DNA of 64,000 bases from Botryllus schlosseri (taxonomy: Eukaryota), in the NCBI GenBank assembly GCA_051294905.1, contig CM119379.1:14570001-14634000 (forward strand). Direction: 5' to 3'. The notes under the pieces are model-generated. The model did not search any database. It was given only the letters and a program-made list of their open reading frames with translations, and was not told the origin of the DNA. This document shows positions 38,286 to 52,525 of the stretch, piece by piece. A program made the position numbers and the translations under genes. Each line of letters opens with the position of its first letter. The first letter of the stretch is position 1.

Positions 38286-41200
38286 TAAGGGTGTGCTACT
38301 GTGCAACTTCTACAGCGTGTACAGGGGTGTACCAGTTGCCACTACTATAGGACTCAATACGACTTACAACTGATGATGACCTTGTTTTATAGTCATCGTG
38401 GCGCTGGTGAGGGCGATATATTTGGACGGGCGAGACTGTTGACCTTTTTTACTCATCAGCACCATGGGGTGAATAGCTTTTAAGAAAGAGTGTGCCATTC
38501 CCAAGAAGGTTGAATTAGGTATACTCATGTCGGTATTTCACGGAACTCTGAAATAAAGAAAATCATTCGTGGGCTATGCCAGTTCGTGAAAAATAAATCG
38601 GACCTCAACTCGCTTTACCATCAACCTGAGAAATCACCACCGAATGTATCTGCGCCGGACATGGACAATGGACCGACATACACGAAAGGCAAAACGCTCT
38701 AGAGTTACTATCAGTAAAACAGTTGAATTATATCCAAATACGAAACACGAAAACAATAAAATTAAACAACAATAAAATTCTATATTGGACTATATGGAAA
38801 TGCTGTACACAACATTGGCAATGCCCGAACTTGTGTATTTTGTCCTATTTCTTAGGCCACTTGAGCTTGGCTGAAAAAAACTATCACACAATAAGCTAAA
38901 GTAGAGGTCCTCTATCGCGAACCGCGTAAATTTTCTCGGGCCACAGGTCGCAAACCTGTAATGTATCGTAAATTCGAAATATCCGGCCTTGTATATGTAA
39001 TCGTCTAAGGACACATATTGTGAACAAGATATAGGGATATTTCGTACAAAAATATACGCAAAACGACTGTTGAATACCAATTAAAGGCACAAAAAGATAC
39101 AGAACTACCCATCGTTAGATTGCGAACCGTGGTAATATTTACCGTGATTCATGGATAGTCGCGAAATTACCACGCTAGGGCAACTCTCAAATGTACTACG
39201 TATATCCAAAGAATAGCATCACACTGACACACATGTCAACGACACCAAATGTCAATTAGCAAACACAAAACAGTGATGCTGTAAGCAGAAACCAATGAGA
39301 TTTGCGGGACTTGGCGCAGTTATTGTACTTCGTTCATAAACGAATGCGTATGTGTTAGTACAAATCGCTCCTCTCGACATATTCGACGAACGTTACCGAT
39401 GAAAGCGTATAGTTATTTGGAGCTACACTTCTTTTGAATTCTTCTCGCGTGCGATAGAGTTAAACTTCCTCAAAACAAAAGATTTCTCAGACGAGACAGG
39501 CTCTAATTGGCAGCCCTTGAAAACCGAGAATGAGCAATTTATACGGAATGATTCCATGTATCAACTAAACACAATCAGACCGAGCTCTTGTCAGCAATCT
39601 GCTTTTCCGAATGCAATGCCGAGATAATTATACTAATGCTACGAAAACAGATCAATAACTAGAATTTTGTTTCGGGTAACTCATACTACGTAGTATAATA
39701 GCGGCGATTCAAGTGGTAAACACGTGTCAAAAGCAACAGATACTTGGCTATTAAGTAAGGCTATACTAATTACCAATGATACATCAGACTAATTTTTTCG
39801 AATTTTCGGCATCAAGTAAATACCTAGTAGTACAACCAAAAACATTACGGAATTCCGGTATTGTTTTTGGTCGATTTTAACAACGGTAAATTCACAGATA
39901 GCAGCAGTGATTACAGTATACGTTTTTCCTTTTTAGAGATAAAATGTATTAAAGAAAAACAGTACTCAGTTGCAAACTTCCAAAGTATGAAATCTGATTG
40001 CATATACAATTACGGAAGGTAAATTGCGGATACGGCAAAATCTTTTTTCTTGCGGACGTGATTCGGTAAAAGTCGCACCGCGATTCACAATCTGCATAGG
40101 TTGAAAACGGTGTGCTGGTCTCACAAGCGTTAAATTCACAAGCGCTATAAATTTATAAGCATTAAATTCGCTCGATCAGCCAGACCTTGACCCGGATAAG
40201 GATCCTAGTTTGAATATATATTTTCCGTAGATTCCACCTTGTCACACAGTTACCTAAATTTCTGTTCCTGTTAAATTTTGATATTGGTTTGCTTGATCCC
40301 CGACGTTTCAGTATTTTTTTATATATTTGATGCGCAATGACCGCCTGTAGCATATATATCACCCATTACTGCATTACTTTCGGTACCATGTTCGGTAACT
40401 TCACGGAGTACATGTATGGAATTCGAAATATTGTTGCAGGAAGAGGGATTACTAGCTATTATGTAATAAGCGTCAGTTCCCAGAGAATGTTTATACTCGA
40501 GGTTTAGATATTTGTATATAGATCAACCGCACTATATAAATAGATGTAACGCCGAGATCTAAAGCTATTTGAAAGAAAATTTCCGGGCACATAGCTGTCG
40601 ATTTACCATCGTTCACGATGATGCTCAAATTGCGCATACACCCGACGTATACGTACGTCGTACGTGCCTTCGGGTAACGTCTGTAATACTTCTATGCACG
40701 ATTACTGACTTTGTATGGTTGCAGACGACGCGTCAAAAATCACACGCAGAACGAAATAGACTGACGCAGTATGCGTGAAATATCTACGTGAATCCGCGAT
40801 AGAAAAACTTCATCGAATAAGGCAAAGTTCAAGGAGAAAATGCTTTCCGTCGGCGCAGCCGTCTATTGCCTAAAATGACTGGTGGAGTAGGCTGTATATG
40901 CGGATGATACACTACGTAAACCAGACATTTTGTATACAAGTAGGCTACTGCTCCTTAGGGAAAATTCAGTATAACACGTTACACTTAATAAAATGTCTTA
41001 GTAGCGCCGGTAGCAAGCTTCGGCTTTTACATAGCCTATGCCTCTGAAGGCATCCACACGATTGAGTCTATTGAGCCTTTAATTACCATAAAAATCACAC
41101 CTGAGACAAGAAAAACAGGCTCCGAAGTTCATGCCTGGCAGTCTGGCACCCGTGTTAGTATCAGATGAAGACAAGCTGAGCAACATTGCAGCACGATTGC

Positions 41201-42586
41201 AGTAAACTTTCCTAAGAGGTCGTCAGACATTACAGCAGTCACGAACAGCTTTTATTAGCAAAATCTTCCAAACAATCGCATGGCATGGAAGCCTAACTTA
41301 GGCTACGTCTCACATTGAATTACAATGTCAAACTACTATGAGGCAGGCTAATGGCATAGGCTAAATGACAGAATTGTACGTTCAAAAGTCGAGCGAATTT
41401 ACACGTCAGACGTTACCCAACCTCTGTGAGTCATTATCAAGTTTCTAATGCGATAACGTCGCTGTATAGAACGATCCATGTTGATGCTGATGCCATAACG
41501 AAGCTGTGTGCTATTGTGAAAGTGGATTTGTGCATAATATACAATAGTATTCCTATTCCACAATGACATAGTCAAATATCCAACGACCCGTCGTGAACAG
41601 CTAACTAGGCAGCAGCTAATCGAGTTTTTACATCATAGAGACAAAACTCTGGGGCAATAAATAAACATATAATCATATAAACACGACCATCACGAGTGAG
41701 GTAAATGCAAATTGGCCAATGTTGATGGTACGCGCAGTTCTCATGAGGCAGGAGAGGCAGTTTCGTCGAATTGAGATTTGTCGCTCTTTCATAAGGTTAT
41801 TATTATGTGTTTAATTTTTATCGCAATTTCTTAGGCGTTTCATCCGGTATTCAGAAAACCGGACCAGGATATCAAGAGGATCCTTTGGACATCAAAGAGT
41901 AGTGACAAAATATAACGATAGTGGAACAATGAGCAAGAGTTCAGCTATGTTTCTTATGATCCGGTAATATACAAAAACGTGACAGACACACAAGTTCAAT
42001 CCAGATCAACTCAGTCTAGCAAAGTCAAAGCTACCTTTATTAATCCTGTTCGCATCATGATCTCGTTAACCGTATGAACGACAAAACGTCAGCATATGTG
42101 ACTTTTATGCTATCCTTTCTGTTATCCAGTGTGCAATGTGTATGCCTCAATGCCTCTTATTGACATGCTGTACGCCAAGGTGAATGTCTGATTAAAAGAC
42201 TACTCAAATTCGTTTCGGCACCCTCCTATCTTTTCATTGTATCGTAATCTTGATTTGATGAAAAAATTAAAAAAAAATGATGATGATCCATCACTGCTGC
42301 ATTGAGTTTTGTGGTATAGTTAATCGTGTGAACGCCAAGTAATCTGAATTTGTGACGTTCCGTCTACCATGCTACCACATGGAGATGTTTCAACCACTTC
42401 ACATTGCTACGAATGATGATATGTAACAACACGTGCGATTTTCGCAGCAATCTAGCTTAAGAACAAGCCGATTGCATCAAATGGTGTGAATCGTCCCTGA
42501 CAGGGTGACAATATCGTGACGCCGTGTTTCGACTTCACATAGGAATCGCGGCGATTAACAACTTCACAGTTCTTTTGAGTTATAAG

Positions 42587-43103
42587 TAGGGCTGGGCAAA
42601 ATCGAGTACCTGAGTGATTCGATTCTGAATCACGTGAAATGCTTCGAGTCGAGTCGAGTAATCGGGTATCACCCATTATGACGTCACAACATAATGTAAT
42701 ATGTCGAATTTCAAATATGTATCTTTTATGCGAGCACAAAGACCATAATTCCTGTTATCCATCACATTAAAGATACTTTGGTATTTTTTCGACCATGCCG
42801 ATTTCATTGCACTTGGTGACAATGTTGTGGGATAATCATGACTTCGGAGATGTGTTATTTCTAGTAACGTTCGTAGCTTTGTACTATATGTTTCGTATGT
42901 TACGATACTGCCAATCAAGGCTCCAAGGCTTCAACAGTGAAAATTAGTATCGAAACTATAATTCTCGTTGATAAATAAGCTTTCTGTGGAGAGGATAGTA
43001 TAATTTCAGTACTCGAAAAAATCGTATTTTACTTCTCGACTCGAATCATTAAAATTAATACTCGATTCAGATTCGAGTACTCGAATCATTGTGCCCAGCC
43101 CTA
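42587..43103. mobile_element. hAT MITE family C, copy 1
   Basis: TIRs tagggctgggca / tgcccagcccta; TSD gttataag on both sides; subterminal tcgagta/gattcga repeats. Confidence 0.95.
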
Positions 43104-43111
43104 GTTATAAG

Positions 43112-43917
43112 TAGGGCTGGGCAAAATCGAGTACCTGAGTGATTCGATTCTGAATCACGTAATATGCTTCGAGTCGAGTCGAGTAATCGAGTATCACTGA
43201 TTATGACGTCATGACAGGTAACACGTCAAAGTTCAAATGTGTACCGCGTATGCCACCACGAAGAATATGATGCCAGCTATCCATCTGATAAAAGATGAGC
43301 CTGCTTGGGTATTTTTTCGACCATACCGATTTCTTTCCACTACGTGGCAATATTATGGGATAATCACGACTTCGGAAATGTGCTACGTCCAGTAATCTGC
43401 GTAGCTTTGTACCATATGTTTCGTATGTTACGATTCAGCCTATCAAGATTTCAAGGCTTCAACAGTGAAAATTAGTCTCGAAACTATAATTCTCGTTGAT
43501 AAATAAACTTTCAGTATGTTTGTTTGTTTTGGGGTATTCATGGTGTTTGTCGACTACTATGGTCATTTACACCAGGCCGATATTCTTCTTATTTTCCGTA
43601 ACTGCCGACTTATAGCACGGCCCACCTCTAGGCTTTTGTAAGACACCGCTGACGCGGATGAGATTGGCGAGGAGGAGCCTAGGTAAACCTCCAACACTTA
43701 GGTATCGGAATTAGGAAGTCGACCTCGGTCGGACTCGAACCCGCACCCATTGGTGTTGCAGCCGCGGATTATACCACTGCGCTATCTCGCCAACTTTCAG
43801 TAGTGAGAAGCGTGTAATTTCAGTACTCGAAAAAATCGTCTTTTACTACTCTACTCGAATCAATAAAATTTATACTCGATTCAGATTCGAGTACTCGAAT
43901 CATTGTGCCCAGCCCTA
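43112..43917. mobile_element. hAT MITE family C, copy 2 (contains a SINE)
   Basis: Same TIRs; flanked by gttataag (43104-43111) and gttataat (43918-43925). Confidence 0.95.
43517..43791 (-). mobile_element. Full-length tRNA-derived SINE family 1
   Basis: A-box TAGCGCAGTGG (43784-43774), B-box GGTTCGAGTCC (43741-43731), (AAAC)n tail, 11-bp TSD aactttcagta (43506-43516, 43792-43802). Confidence 0.95.
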
Positions 43918-46900
43918 GTTATAATCCAGAATGGGCAAAATTCCCGGTAGTGTTTGATAACATAATCTGAGCCTTATATTATCAAAATGCGCAGTGCGCA
44001 CAAGCAATGGTATTAAATATTTCTGGCCATTGCTACACATGATTGTGCCATCACAAAGTCGAATGGTCATTGCTCACCTGATTGGCCAGCATATAATTAT
44101 CAAGAGATTTTTTCACAAACAAACCTCGGCCCCGATACGAAATGTTGACTTCCCGTTACGAATCTGTCTGTATTGTTGCTGCGACCTTTCCCTTAGTTCT
44201 GGATTCGTCACGTAATTGGGTAAGCGTAATTAATCCTGCACAAATTGAACCAATCTACCAGCGCCATTATACACTTTAGTTGATATGGATTCAGGATTCA
44301 TAGAGCCATGGTTCATGATCGTGGCGAATGAGATCCATTATACCTGATAGATGCTATATATTTAGATCGGGCACAGGGGCCTACGATAGGACTCGCAAGC
44401 AATTTCCTTAAATTCAAGGAGGTTCACTCCGACTAACACCACAGCCATATTATATAGAGTGCATGCACTATATTACGAAAACACATCGTATGAAAGTAAA
44501 CATGAACAATACTGGCATCCGTGTGCTTGGGATATTTCCGGTTTAATAATAGACGGTAAATTATGACGGATGTATCATGTAATTTGATATCATATCAGTT
44601 GCACCTATCAGATAAGAAATGGTTGTGCTGCCGAAAAAAAAATTGTAAAGCATCAGCAGTCCCACAATTTGTGTCACGTGATATCGTAGGTAAGCTTGTT
44701 TGTTTACAAGGTTAGCCGTTAGCAACTAACATATGAAAAACTTTAGATGGTGGCGATTGGTTATGCTGGCCCTCCTCCTAATCCAGCCTATACATTGGAC
44801 TTCATTCCAAACGCGCATCTTCGTCAGTCAAGAGCGTTGCGAGACACCAAAGTTTGGCGGAAGCAAATGAGAATGAACATTCCAAAAATTTCAATCCAAT
44901 AGTTCAATTACGATGACCCTGACGTCTTGATTTCTCGAAATCCTAATAGCCATTATCCATACGATAATAAACGATGCATCAGAAACAGTAGCGTAAAATA
45001 AGATGAAAAGCCAGTTCCCAAGAATCATCGTGTAGCAAACAAGAGCTCGAAACTGGCAACATTCATGCATGAAGCCTTGGAACTGCATTCGACTGATTAT
45101 TATCGAACCGCCGCATTGAAGCATTCCAAAAATGCCGTAAGCTGCGTCATAGTATCTTATTCTTCGGTCAGACAAGTACGGCTCCCTCGAGCATTCCAAA
45201 ATCAAGACGAGACGAGAGTGGGACAAAAAAAAACTTGTCTGAAATGACGGCAAGGTGAAGTCAAAAGTAAAACGCTCAGGGCCGAGCCTTACGTAGCATC
45301 AGACAGTAATACACGTTGGGCGGAATTCGCTCCACGTGAATCATTCTAACCGGGGGTGTCTACCGATAGTGTATCGGATACGTTCGATATTCCAGTCTTT
45401 CTCATTTTGCGTGCGCCTTTTCACCTCCATAGCATTTTTGTTTCAACGTATAATAGGCCGATGTGGGAGGTTGATTAGCCTAATGGTCACAATCTTTGGG
45501 CGCTTTGCGATAATAAAATTGATAAATGAATGAGTGTATCGCATTCATGACTTTGAGCATTGGATCAGTAAAGCTCGCCTGTGAATTTAGAAGTCAGTTA
45601 AGATTATGCCTCATTTGAAGCAATGTAGGGAAATTGGACGTTAATCTGAAATTTGTATGAACTGCGAAACCGGTGGTTGCATAATTTGTATATGTTGACT
45701 GCTCTCAGCAGAATCCAAAACGCATGAAGACTTTGCTCAAACGATTGTGCTGGACTCTTCCAAATACACAATTATATATGTAGAATCTCCATAGCAGATC
45801 GATGATTACAGATTAACGCCGAGAATCAAGATTTAGCTTGCCGACTTTTGCGGTAACCGATACCACTCCGGGCTATATAGGAGCGTGAGAACTCAGTAAA
45901 GTCGAACGTGGTATTTACAATACACTCAGTCAGAGTCAGTCGCCACATTTGACCGTTTGCACAAAACGCTGCATCGCGAACCATACCCAGCCAACATATC
46001 TTGCCATACCCTACCCAGCCAATATGTTTAGACATATACAGTTACATCACCAGCAACGATTTTCTGGCATGTGTAAACAACCATAGGCTTGCGCGAAGAT
46101 ATGTACCCGCGCGTCCAATTATATTAAGACTTCTAAGTAGCGTCATTTCCTTCCTGGCGATGACACCATGGATGGATCGCCAGGAAATCCACCAGAATGA
46201 CGATACACTATTCAAGTGTTTTGTCGCAATCCAGGCTGATGTAACCTTCATTTTCGGGCAGCGATTTGAATTGCCGCCGTGTCCTCAGTGTTCTAATGTA
46301 TATATAAATATGATGGAAAATCTGGTGTCATAAGATTGTAAGGCATTTTATTACAAGGAAATGGCGGCGTTTGCACTGTCAGCACTTACGCACCGATGAC
46401 AAATTCCATGTTCAAGATCTACGTGCTTGTGGTTGTGTGTTGTCAATGGGAATAATCGAGGATTTCCTATCCAGCCGTGTGCTGAGCTGTAAGCAGAGCT
46501 GGTCAAAGGAGTCATCATTGGTACTCCAGTACACATGGAAGTGATATCGTAAATTTCTACTCAGGTAGAAGTAGAGATTTAAAATTGTGTGACAAGTAAC
46601 CCCGTGCTATAGGTCATTTAGTATGCATCGTAACAGACAAATATATATATCTCATGGGCGTAGAGCTAACCATGCCGTGTATTCCCTGTAAACTATAGAT
46701 CGGGAAAACCATGTTATCATCCAACCCTTCAAATATAAATAAAGTGAGCGGCATGCGAGCTTTGCATTAGCACCGTCAAGTCAAGCGCACAGATTTGATC
46801 GAGCAAATACACGTATGCGGCCAACGGCCGTACAGCGGAACGCGTATAAATATTTCAAAGCTATTAGGCCGGAATTATAACTGTCTATTTAGTGAATTCA

Positions 46901-49900
46901 GCGGATCCGCGTACCAGCTGTCGGTACATGTAGTTATCTCGCTTATACTGCATTGCATATACATCGAAAACGGAGTGAATCGTATAAAGTCTAACGAACC
47001 GCTAATATATCAATGGATTGGATAATGGATATGCAAGAGTTACGTGTTGCGTTCGATCGATACTGCTCGCCATCGAGTAATGCGGTTAGTAGAATTCATC
47101 AAGCGATAACACGTTGCAGCGCATGGTATAGGATTGTCGTATGTCAACCCCCGTGCGAGTGTGCGTCTGCACGACAGGCAATTGCTATAACACCCGAGTG
47201 ACCCGATTCAAAATCAACGAATCTCAAAGCTTCGGGACAGCAAAGAGACGTACGTGATTCATGACTTGCCTATGCCTATATACGTATATATAATTTACAT
47301 GAATATACGATAGTAGAATAGCATCGAGATCGTACCTTTGCTGTCGATTTTCCCAACTATGAATTTAACGAAAACCCGCATGTCAGCTCTGTACGGGTGA
47401 ATCTTCACAGTAACGTAAGTCACACGGGGTCTATTCGGGGTCAAGCTCGTTTGTTAGATGTAATTCAATTAAAACATTACTACGTTACCGTGGCATGCCG
47501 CCTTGCCTTTTAGTGAGAGCGCATGTAGAATGTAGATGCGTCGAAGCAAAGTTACATGAGCGGTGGCAACGATAAAATGTGCGCTCGTGAAGTTTAATAA
47601 TTTTCGTGGAACATCATATATGCGTTTCGGACCACCTATAGCTTGAAGTATGATGCGCCGATGCATCGCCAAAATGATAACACATACCCGCAAAATGGCT
47701 ACACTCTAGTGCTATGTGTAGAATAAAGGGGGTTTAGATTTTATATTGTTCACGGAGGTTAATTCGGATACATCCTGTCTGAGCAATTTTACAGTCGATC
47801 TGTTATCATCAGTGTATCGTGCGCCGTTTTACAGCCTTACTCGCGGTGATTTCAGCTATATTTAGGTAAGCGGGGTTAGTTACAAGAAAGCGACGCGATG
47901 CGCCTGCTTAGCTTTGTTTTGATAGGATCCATCAGTCAATGTCACACCGCATCGTTGTCAGTCACATCCTGGAATCTAGAGAACCCAAACGCAGTTGTTG
48001 CACGATCGCGGAAAACGGTGTAAACGTGTAGTAGGCGTGCATCATGACCTCGTTAGCAATGTTGTGCCGGACACATAGCCTATAACGTACGAAGATGGTG
48101 CTGATGTATTATACGTATCCGCGAAATTGTTCGGTGTAGTCCGTGGTTTTGTCATTTTATCCGCTCAAGACTGATCATGAACAATGCACAGTGCGACGTA
48201 ATGAACAGATAGGAGGATGCTGAAACGACCTAATGCCCGATCTCGATCAATGTGGCAGCCTTTCAGACGCTATTTCCTAGAAATCTTTTTCATTCGCTCT
48301 CCTCGTATGCGCCTTCACCGGGACTGCAAAGACGCTGTAAGAACAGCGACGTAGGGGACACCTACACCCTGGGACGTTCTACTGCCGAGAACCGAACACG
48401 TCTCTTCATTCTCCAGAGTCTAGGAATTTGCCACTAAGCCAAACCTCACAGAAGAGGCTGTCTGACATCACTATGTCTTTGATACTGATTGACATCAATG
48501 GTAGCGCATGCGTTTAAAATATAAATTATGACACAGTTGGTGCGAATCTTTTCATTAGGGATATAGCGAATTACTGGCTGCCCACCTTGATTATGTGCAG
48601 ACCTCGAGATGCATCCGGTTTTTATATATCAGCACTCAGCAGTCGTTTTGTGTTTGCGTTTTCAAACTGTATTTTTTGTGCAACCTTGTGTTGTCACAGG
48701 AAGTATATAAAACGTGCTCGAATCAGCTCACGTATATTGATGCGTACGATTTTGAACTCGTATCAAGACTTGGCGGCAATGTGCCTGTCATTTGTAGGTG
48801 TATCCGGTTGCGCGATGGACAGGTTTATGGTGTTAAGTTGAGCCTATGAGTCTTCCCGCTCCACTTCTAGGTGATTCCAATGCTGTCCCACGACAGCTTG
48901 TACTGTCAAAGTCGTTCGCCGCATCCAAGCAAGGCACACGAAAACGATACACCATGCAGTGATTAGTCTATGATTCAGACACTACAGTACTATATCGCGG
49001 AAAACAATAGGCCTTCGAGTGATGATTAAACAAGCGAAGTACTGACACAGTTGATACACAACAGAATGCCGAAGTCAGAGGACTAGCCAATATTACCCAC
49101 TATATTCTCGTTGAATAATAAATTCACATTGAAATAAACCCGAATGTATGATATTAAGTGACAAAGAATGGCCAACAAAATGTCTGAAGTTACGGCGTTT
49201 TCCATTCACTGCACCCACAAAAAAAAAATTGCTTGTTTTACGCTATACCACAAGTGTAAGAAGACTGTAATTGTAAGTAGTTTGCGATTCCCGGTGGGCC
49301 ATATTTGATGGAAAATGGCTCGTTGCATTCCCGAAGTTGCCGACTTGGTCTGTCCCCGTTTCGTGATATGGCGAATGTGATCGCTTGTGCAAGTTGCACG
49401 GTTTCTGCTAACAATTGCCGGGTTACACAAGTCGGTGGATATATTGCAGATGCGTTCACGTCAACTTATGACATTATGCCAACTTTCAATTCGCACAGTT
49501 CACATCATTTGATAACCATCGAACGCATTGACAGCCTGGCAGTATCACCTTAACGTTGCCTAAGGCCCACTGAGTCATTGATGCTTTCCTAGAAGACAGT
49601 AGGTCTGATCAGCGCAGTCGACTACTCGTCAATCGATTTCATCAAATCGGCGACAGTTAATGTAACTATTTAGTTCTCATTTTGAAATAGACAATGGCCA
49701 GGTAATGGGAATAATACTTCTTGTAGTAGGCTATGCCTTGACAACTGCATAAACACGTACTTGTATATCACATAGCAGCGCATGCATGGTTCTTGTCAGT
49801 GCGCTCTGGCTAAATCGCAACCACAGGATATTCCCTAGAAAGTGCCAAGCTTGCAAGACTAGAGTGCAATTGAGAATATCTGCCACTACACAGAACGCAA

Positions 49901-52444
49901 CCGTAGGGAGGATAAATTGAACTCGAATCTACGAACTAATATACCGACCGCCCATCCGACTTGATGAGTCGCTGCAGAACAAGTTTTACACAACATTTCG
50001 AAGTAACATATAGCAGTGCTTCTGCAGTCTCTGGAGTTGCTGACCAGATTAGAGCCAGCACCTGACCATGACAGAAATGCGTGGCAGTATTCCAACCCTT
50101 TGAATCGTTTTGGCGATGCATGCAATTTCATGTTGGATTTTAAACGACATCAGCATAAGATGCTCAATTTGTGGCCCTGCTTAGTTTAGTGGAAATAGTT
50201 ACGTTCTAATGCTCCATTGAGTGATTATGACAGGCTTTATATACTTGTGAACAAGATCTACAATCACCGCGAATAGGAACTAATCTGTTGTTATAAATAC
50301 TTTTGCAGTAGATTAAAAACAGTGTTTAAGTTATCGACAATTTCGATTGTCTCTATTTACGATGCTCTCCACAAATAATGTAGACGTGGCGAGACAATTC
50401 ATTTCGAGCTATCATGAAGTTAGAAAGGAATCTATGCATATAATCGCCAGGCTAGACGGCTGAGCCGCGAGGAAGCGAACAAAGGCACATTAGCACGCTC
50501 TGGCCTTCTACAAAGAATACGCCAAGCGGTGTTTACTATTAGGTCTAATTCCTATTACCACGAGGCTATTTCGTCAGAACCGACACATAAAACGCTTTGT
50601 CTGCAGTACTGCCGAAGCTATTACAACTCGCCTGTGTAACATACGACTTCAAAACATTTAGGCTTTAGCGCTTGCAATTTCCCAGCTCTGAATCACAAGC
50701 AGTGAATGCGAGCGTTAACTAAATTCAACCACTAGACCCGACTATCGTTAGATCAACATGAGCACGTTTAAAATGCTCTCCTTCGGCGCCTGAGGTCCTG
50801 TAACTACCACAAGCACGAACAACCTAGTGTAGCCTTCTGCGTCACAACGCACAAGTCCCTGGTTGTTATGTAATAGTGTACGCACTGCCTACCCTTAGCG
50901 AGATGAAGTCTATTGGTGCTGCTGTCTAAAGTGTCCAAGTCTACACATCCACACAAGGAAATGAAGAACGAAATACGTTTTAATGGCAAAAAATAAAACT
51001 CTTACAATCTCATAGTTCAAGCTTAAAGAAATAAACATTGTTGCGGCCACAAGATCGTCTATAGAATATAGATATATTTATAACAAACTCGCCATAAAAT
51101 AAAATTCTTGTAATTTTGTTAACTCTTGCTCAATAGATACAAAATCGGACCATGTGGACGACACTTGGATTAACATTTTTTACCGAATAAGGACTTGTTC
51201 TATGGTAACTACATTATACAACAAAAACTAAACCCACTACTATGCTCCCAGACCATGAAGCAACCAATAAATTAACATGGCAACATCTCGGGTCAACGAA
51301 ATACCATTAGAAATTTCATATATGTAATCGATAATGAAGGTGAGATATATGATTAACACGCATCAACTTGTTAACTTAACGAATATTGTAAGATTCGGTC
51401 ATTCACAACTAACATAACGAAACGGCGAAAAACAAAATAACGCTGGCTTTGGGTGCCTAGAGAATACACTGCGGGTCAATGCCTCATAGACATACTAATG
51501 ATCAGTCCTACTAAACAAAATGCAGCTAATTTAGAAAGAACCCAGTGAAGTCGCACTGTAAAGAAAGACTAGGGCCATCATGATAGGAAAGATTGGTTTT
51601 GAACACAAAAGTTGAGATTAGGTTCCACTAAAACTCACTGCTAAGAAACTAGGTCCATGATGGAGAATAGAGATCGGTAAAACACAAACCTGTGTCATTA
51701 AAAATAAGGCTTTTATGACATTCATTTGGCAGCAGCAAAACAGTACCTTTAGTAACAATAACAAAGAAACATAAAACATCAACACTAAACGAACAGCTTC
51801 AGAATCAACTATAGGGGTTAACATTCAAGCAGCACGGGGACCTTGAAATACAGTAAAAACAGTGGACAATTGTGGTGTTCCGCAATGCAAGCAGCCCCAG
51901 GATCAAGGACAATCACAGTTTAATTACAGGCTACAGTCGAATGCCACCAGGACGGGAAGGAGCCCCACTACTTCTGCAAAAGCGGACGGAATCTTTGCCG
52001 GCTACGGCTGATTCCCAAGACTTTTGGTATTGCGTTATTAACCCACTACTCCACCACAGGACAACCAAATGATACAGGCAGTATACGCACAAGCAGCAAT
52101 ACTTAGCACCAACAAACAAAGTGTACACACCACAGCACACATCGGCTCTAAATCATCGAGTAGGGCATCACTGCCCACATGAAGTTCGACCAACTTTCAT
52201 TGCGAGAGACCGTAATCCTCTCATTTTTCGGTGACAAACAATTCTACTGACAGGAGTGCAAGACAAGCGTGTGACAAATACCGAATTTGAGCCATAGTGA
52301 AAGAAAGTGACAAGGTGCACTGTGTCATTCGAGAGAACGGGTCAGGGACAGAATTTAGACTGGTACGCATTGGTGCACATGATAGCATAACGCCGCAAGG
52401 CCAGATGAGGAAGATGATCAGCTACTTTACAAGATGGAAAGGTC

Positions 52445-52525
52445 TTTATTTAATAAACAAGGTATAAAATAAAAAGCCGGTAGTACAAAATTACAAAATA
52501 TATAATATATCTAATATATTTTATT
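52445..52525 (-). terminator. mex-3 polyadenylation signals (AATAAA at 52525-52520 and 52450-52445)
   Basis: Two canonical hexamers about 450 and 525 nt after the stop, in a U-rich 3' UTR; also ATTAAA at 52569-52564. Confidence 0.65.

Noticed and set aside
39835-39871. 37-bp imperfect palindrome centred on GAATTC
   Set aside because: Arms do not extend, no flanking direct repeat and no second copy seen.
40162-40362. Penelope-like linker motif (KPISKFNRNRNLGN)
   Set aside because: Only loose similarity; no RT or GIY-YIG motifs nearby.
43700-43791. tRNA genes at A/B-box sites (also 5808-5874, 6900-6968, 5320-5377)
   Set aside because: No convincing acceptor stem or cloverleaf; each continues into a shared SINE body and tail.
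44891-45253. GPCR-like hydrophobic ORF (GN...SD)
   Set aside because: GN-to-D spacing is far too short for TM1-TM2, and AT-rich antisense frames are often hydrophobic.
17-52140. Most short ORFs in the supplied track
   Set aside because: 60-120 aa, many with TTG or GTG starts, overlapping on both strands and without recognisable domains; this is expected noise in eukaryotic non-coding DNA.
52501-52515. MEX-3 recognition element in its own 3' UTR (UUAG-A-UAUA)
   Set aside because: Single low-information match expected by chance in an AU-rich UTR.
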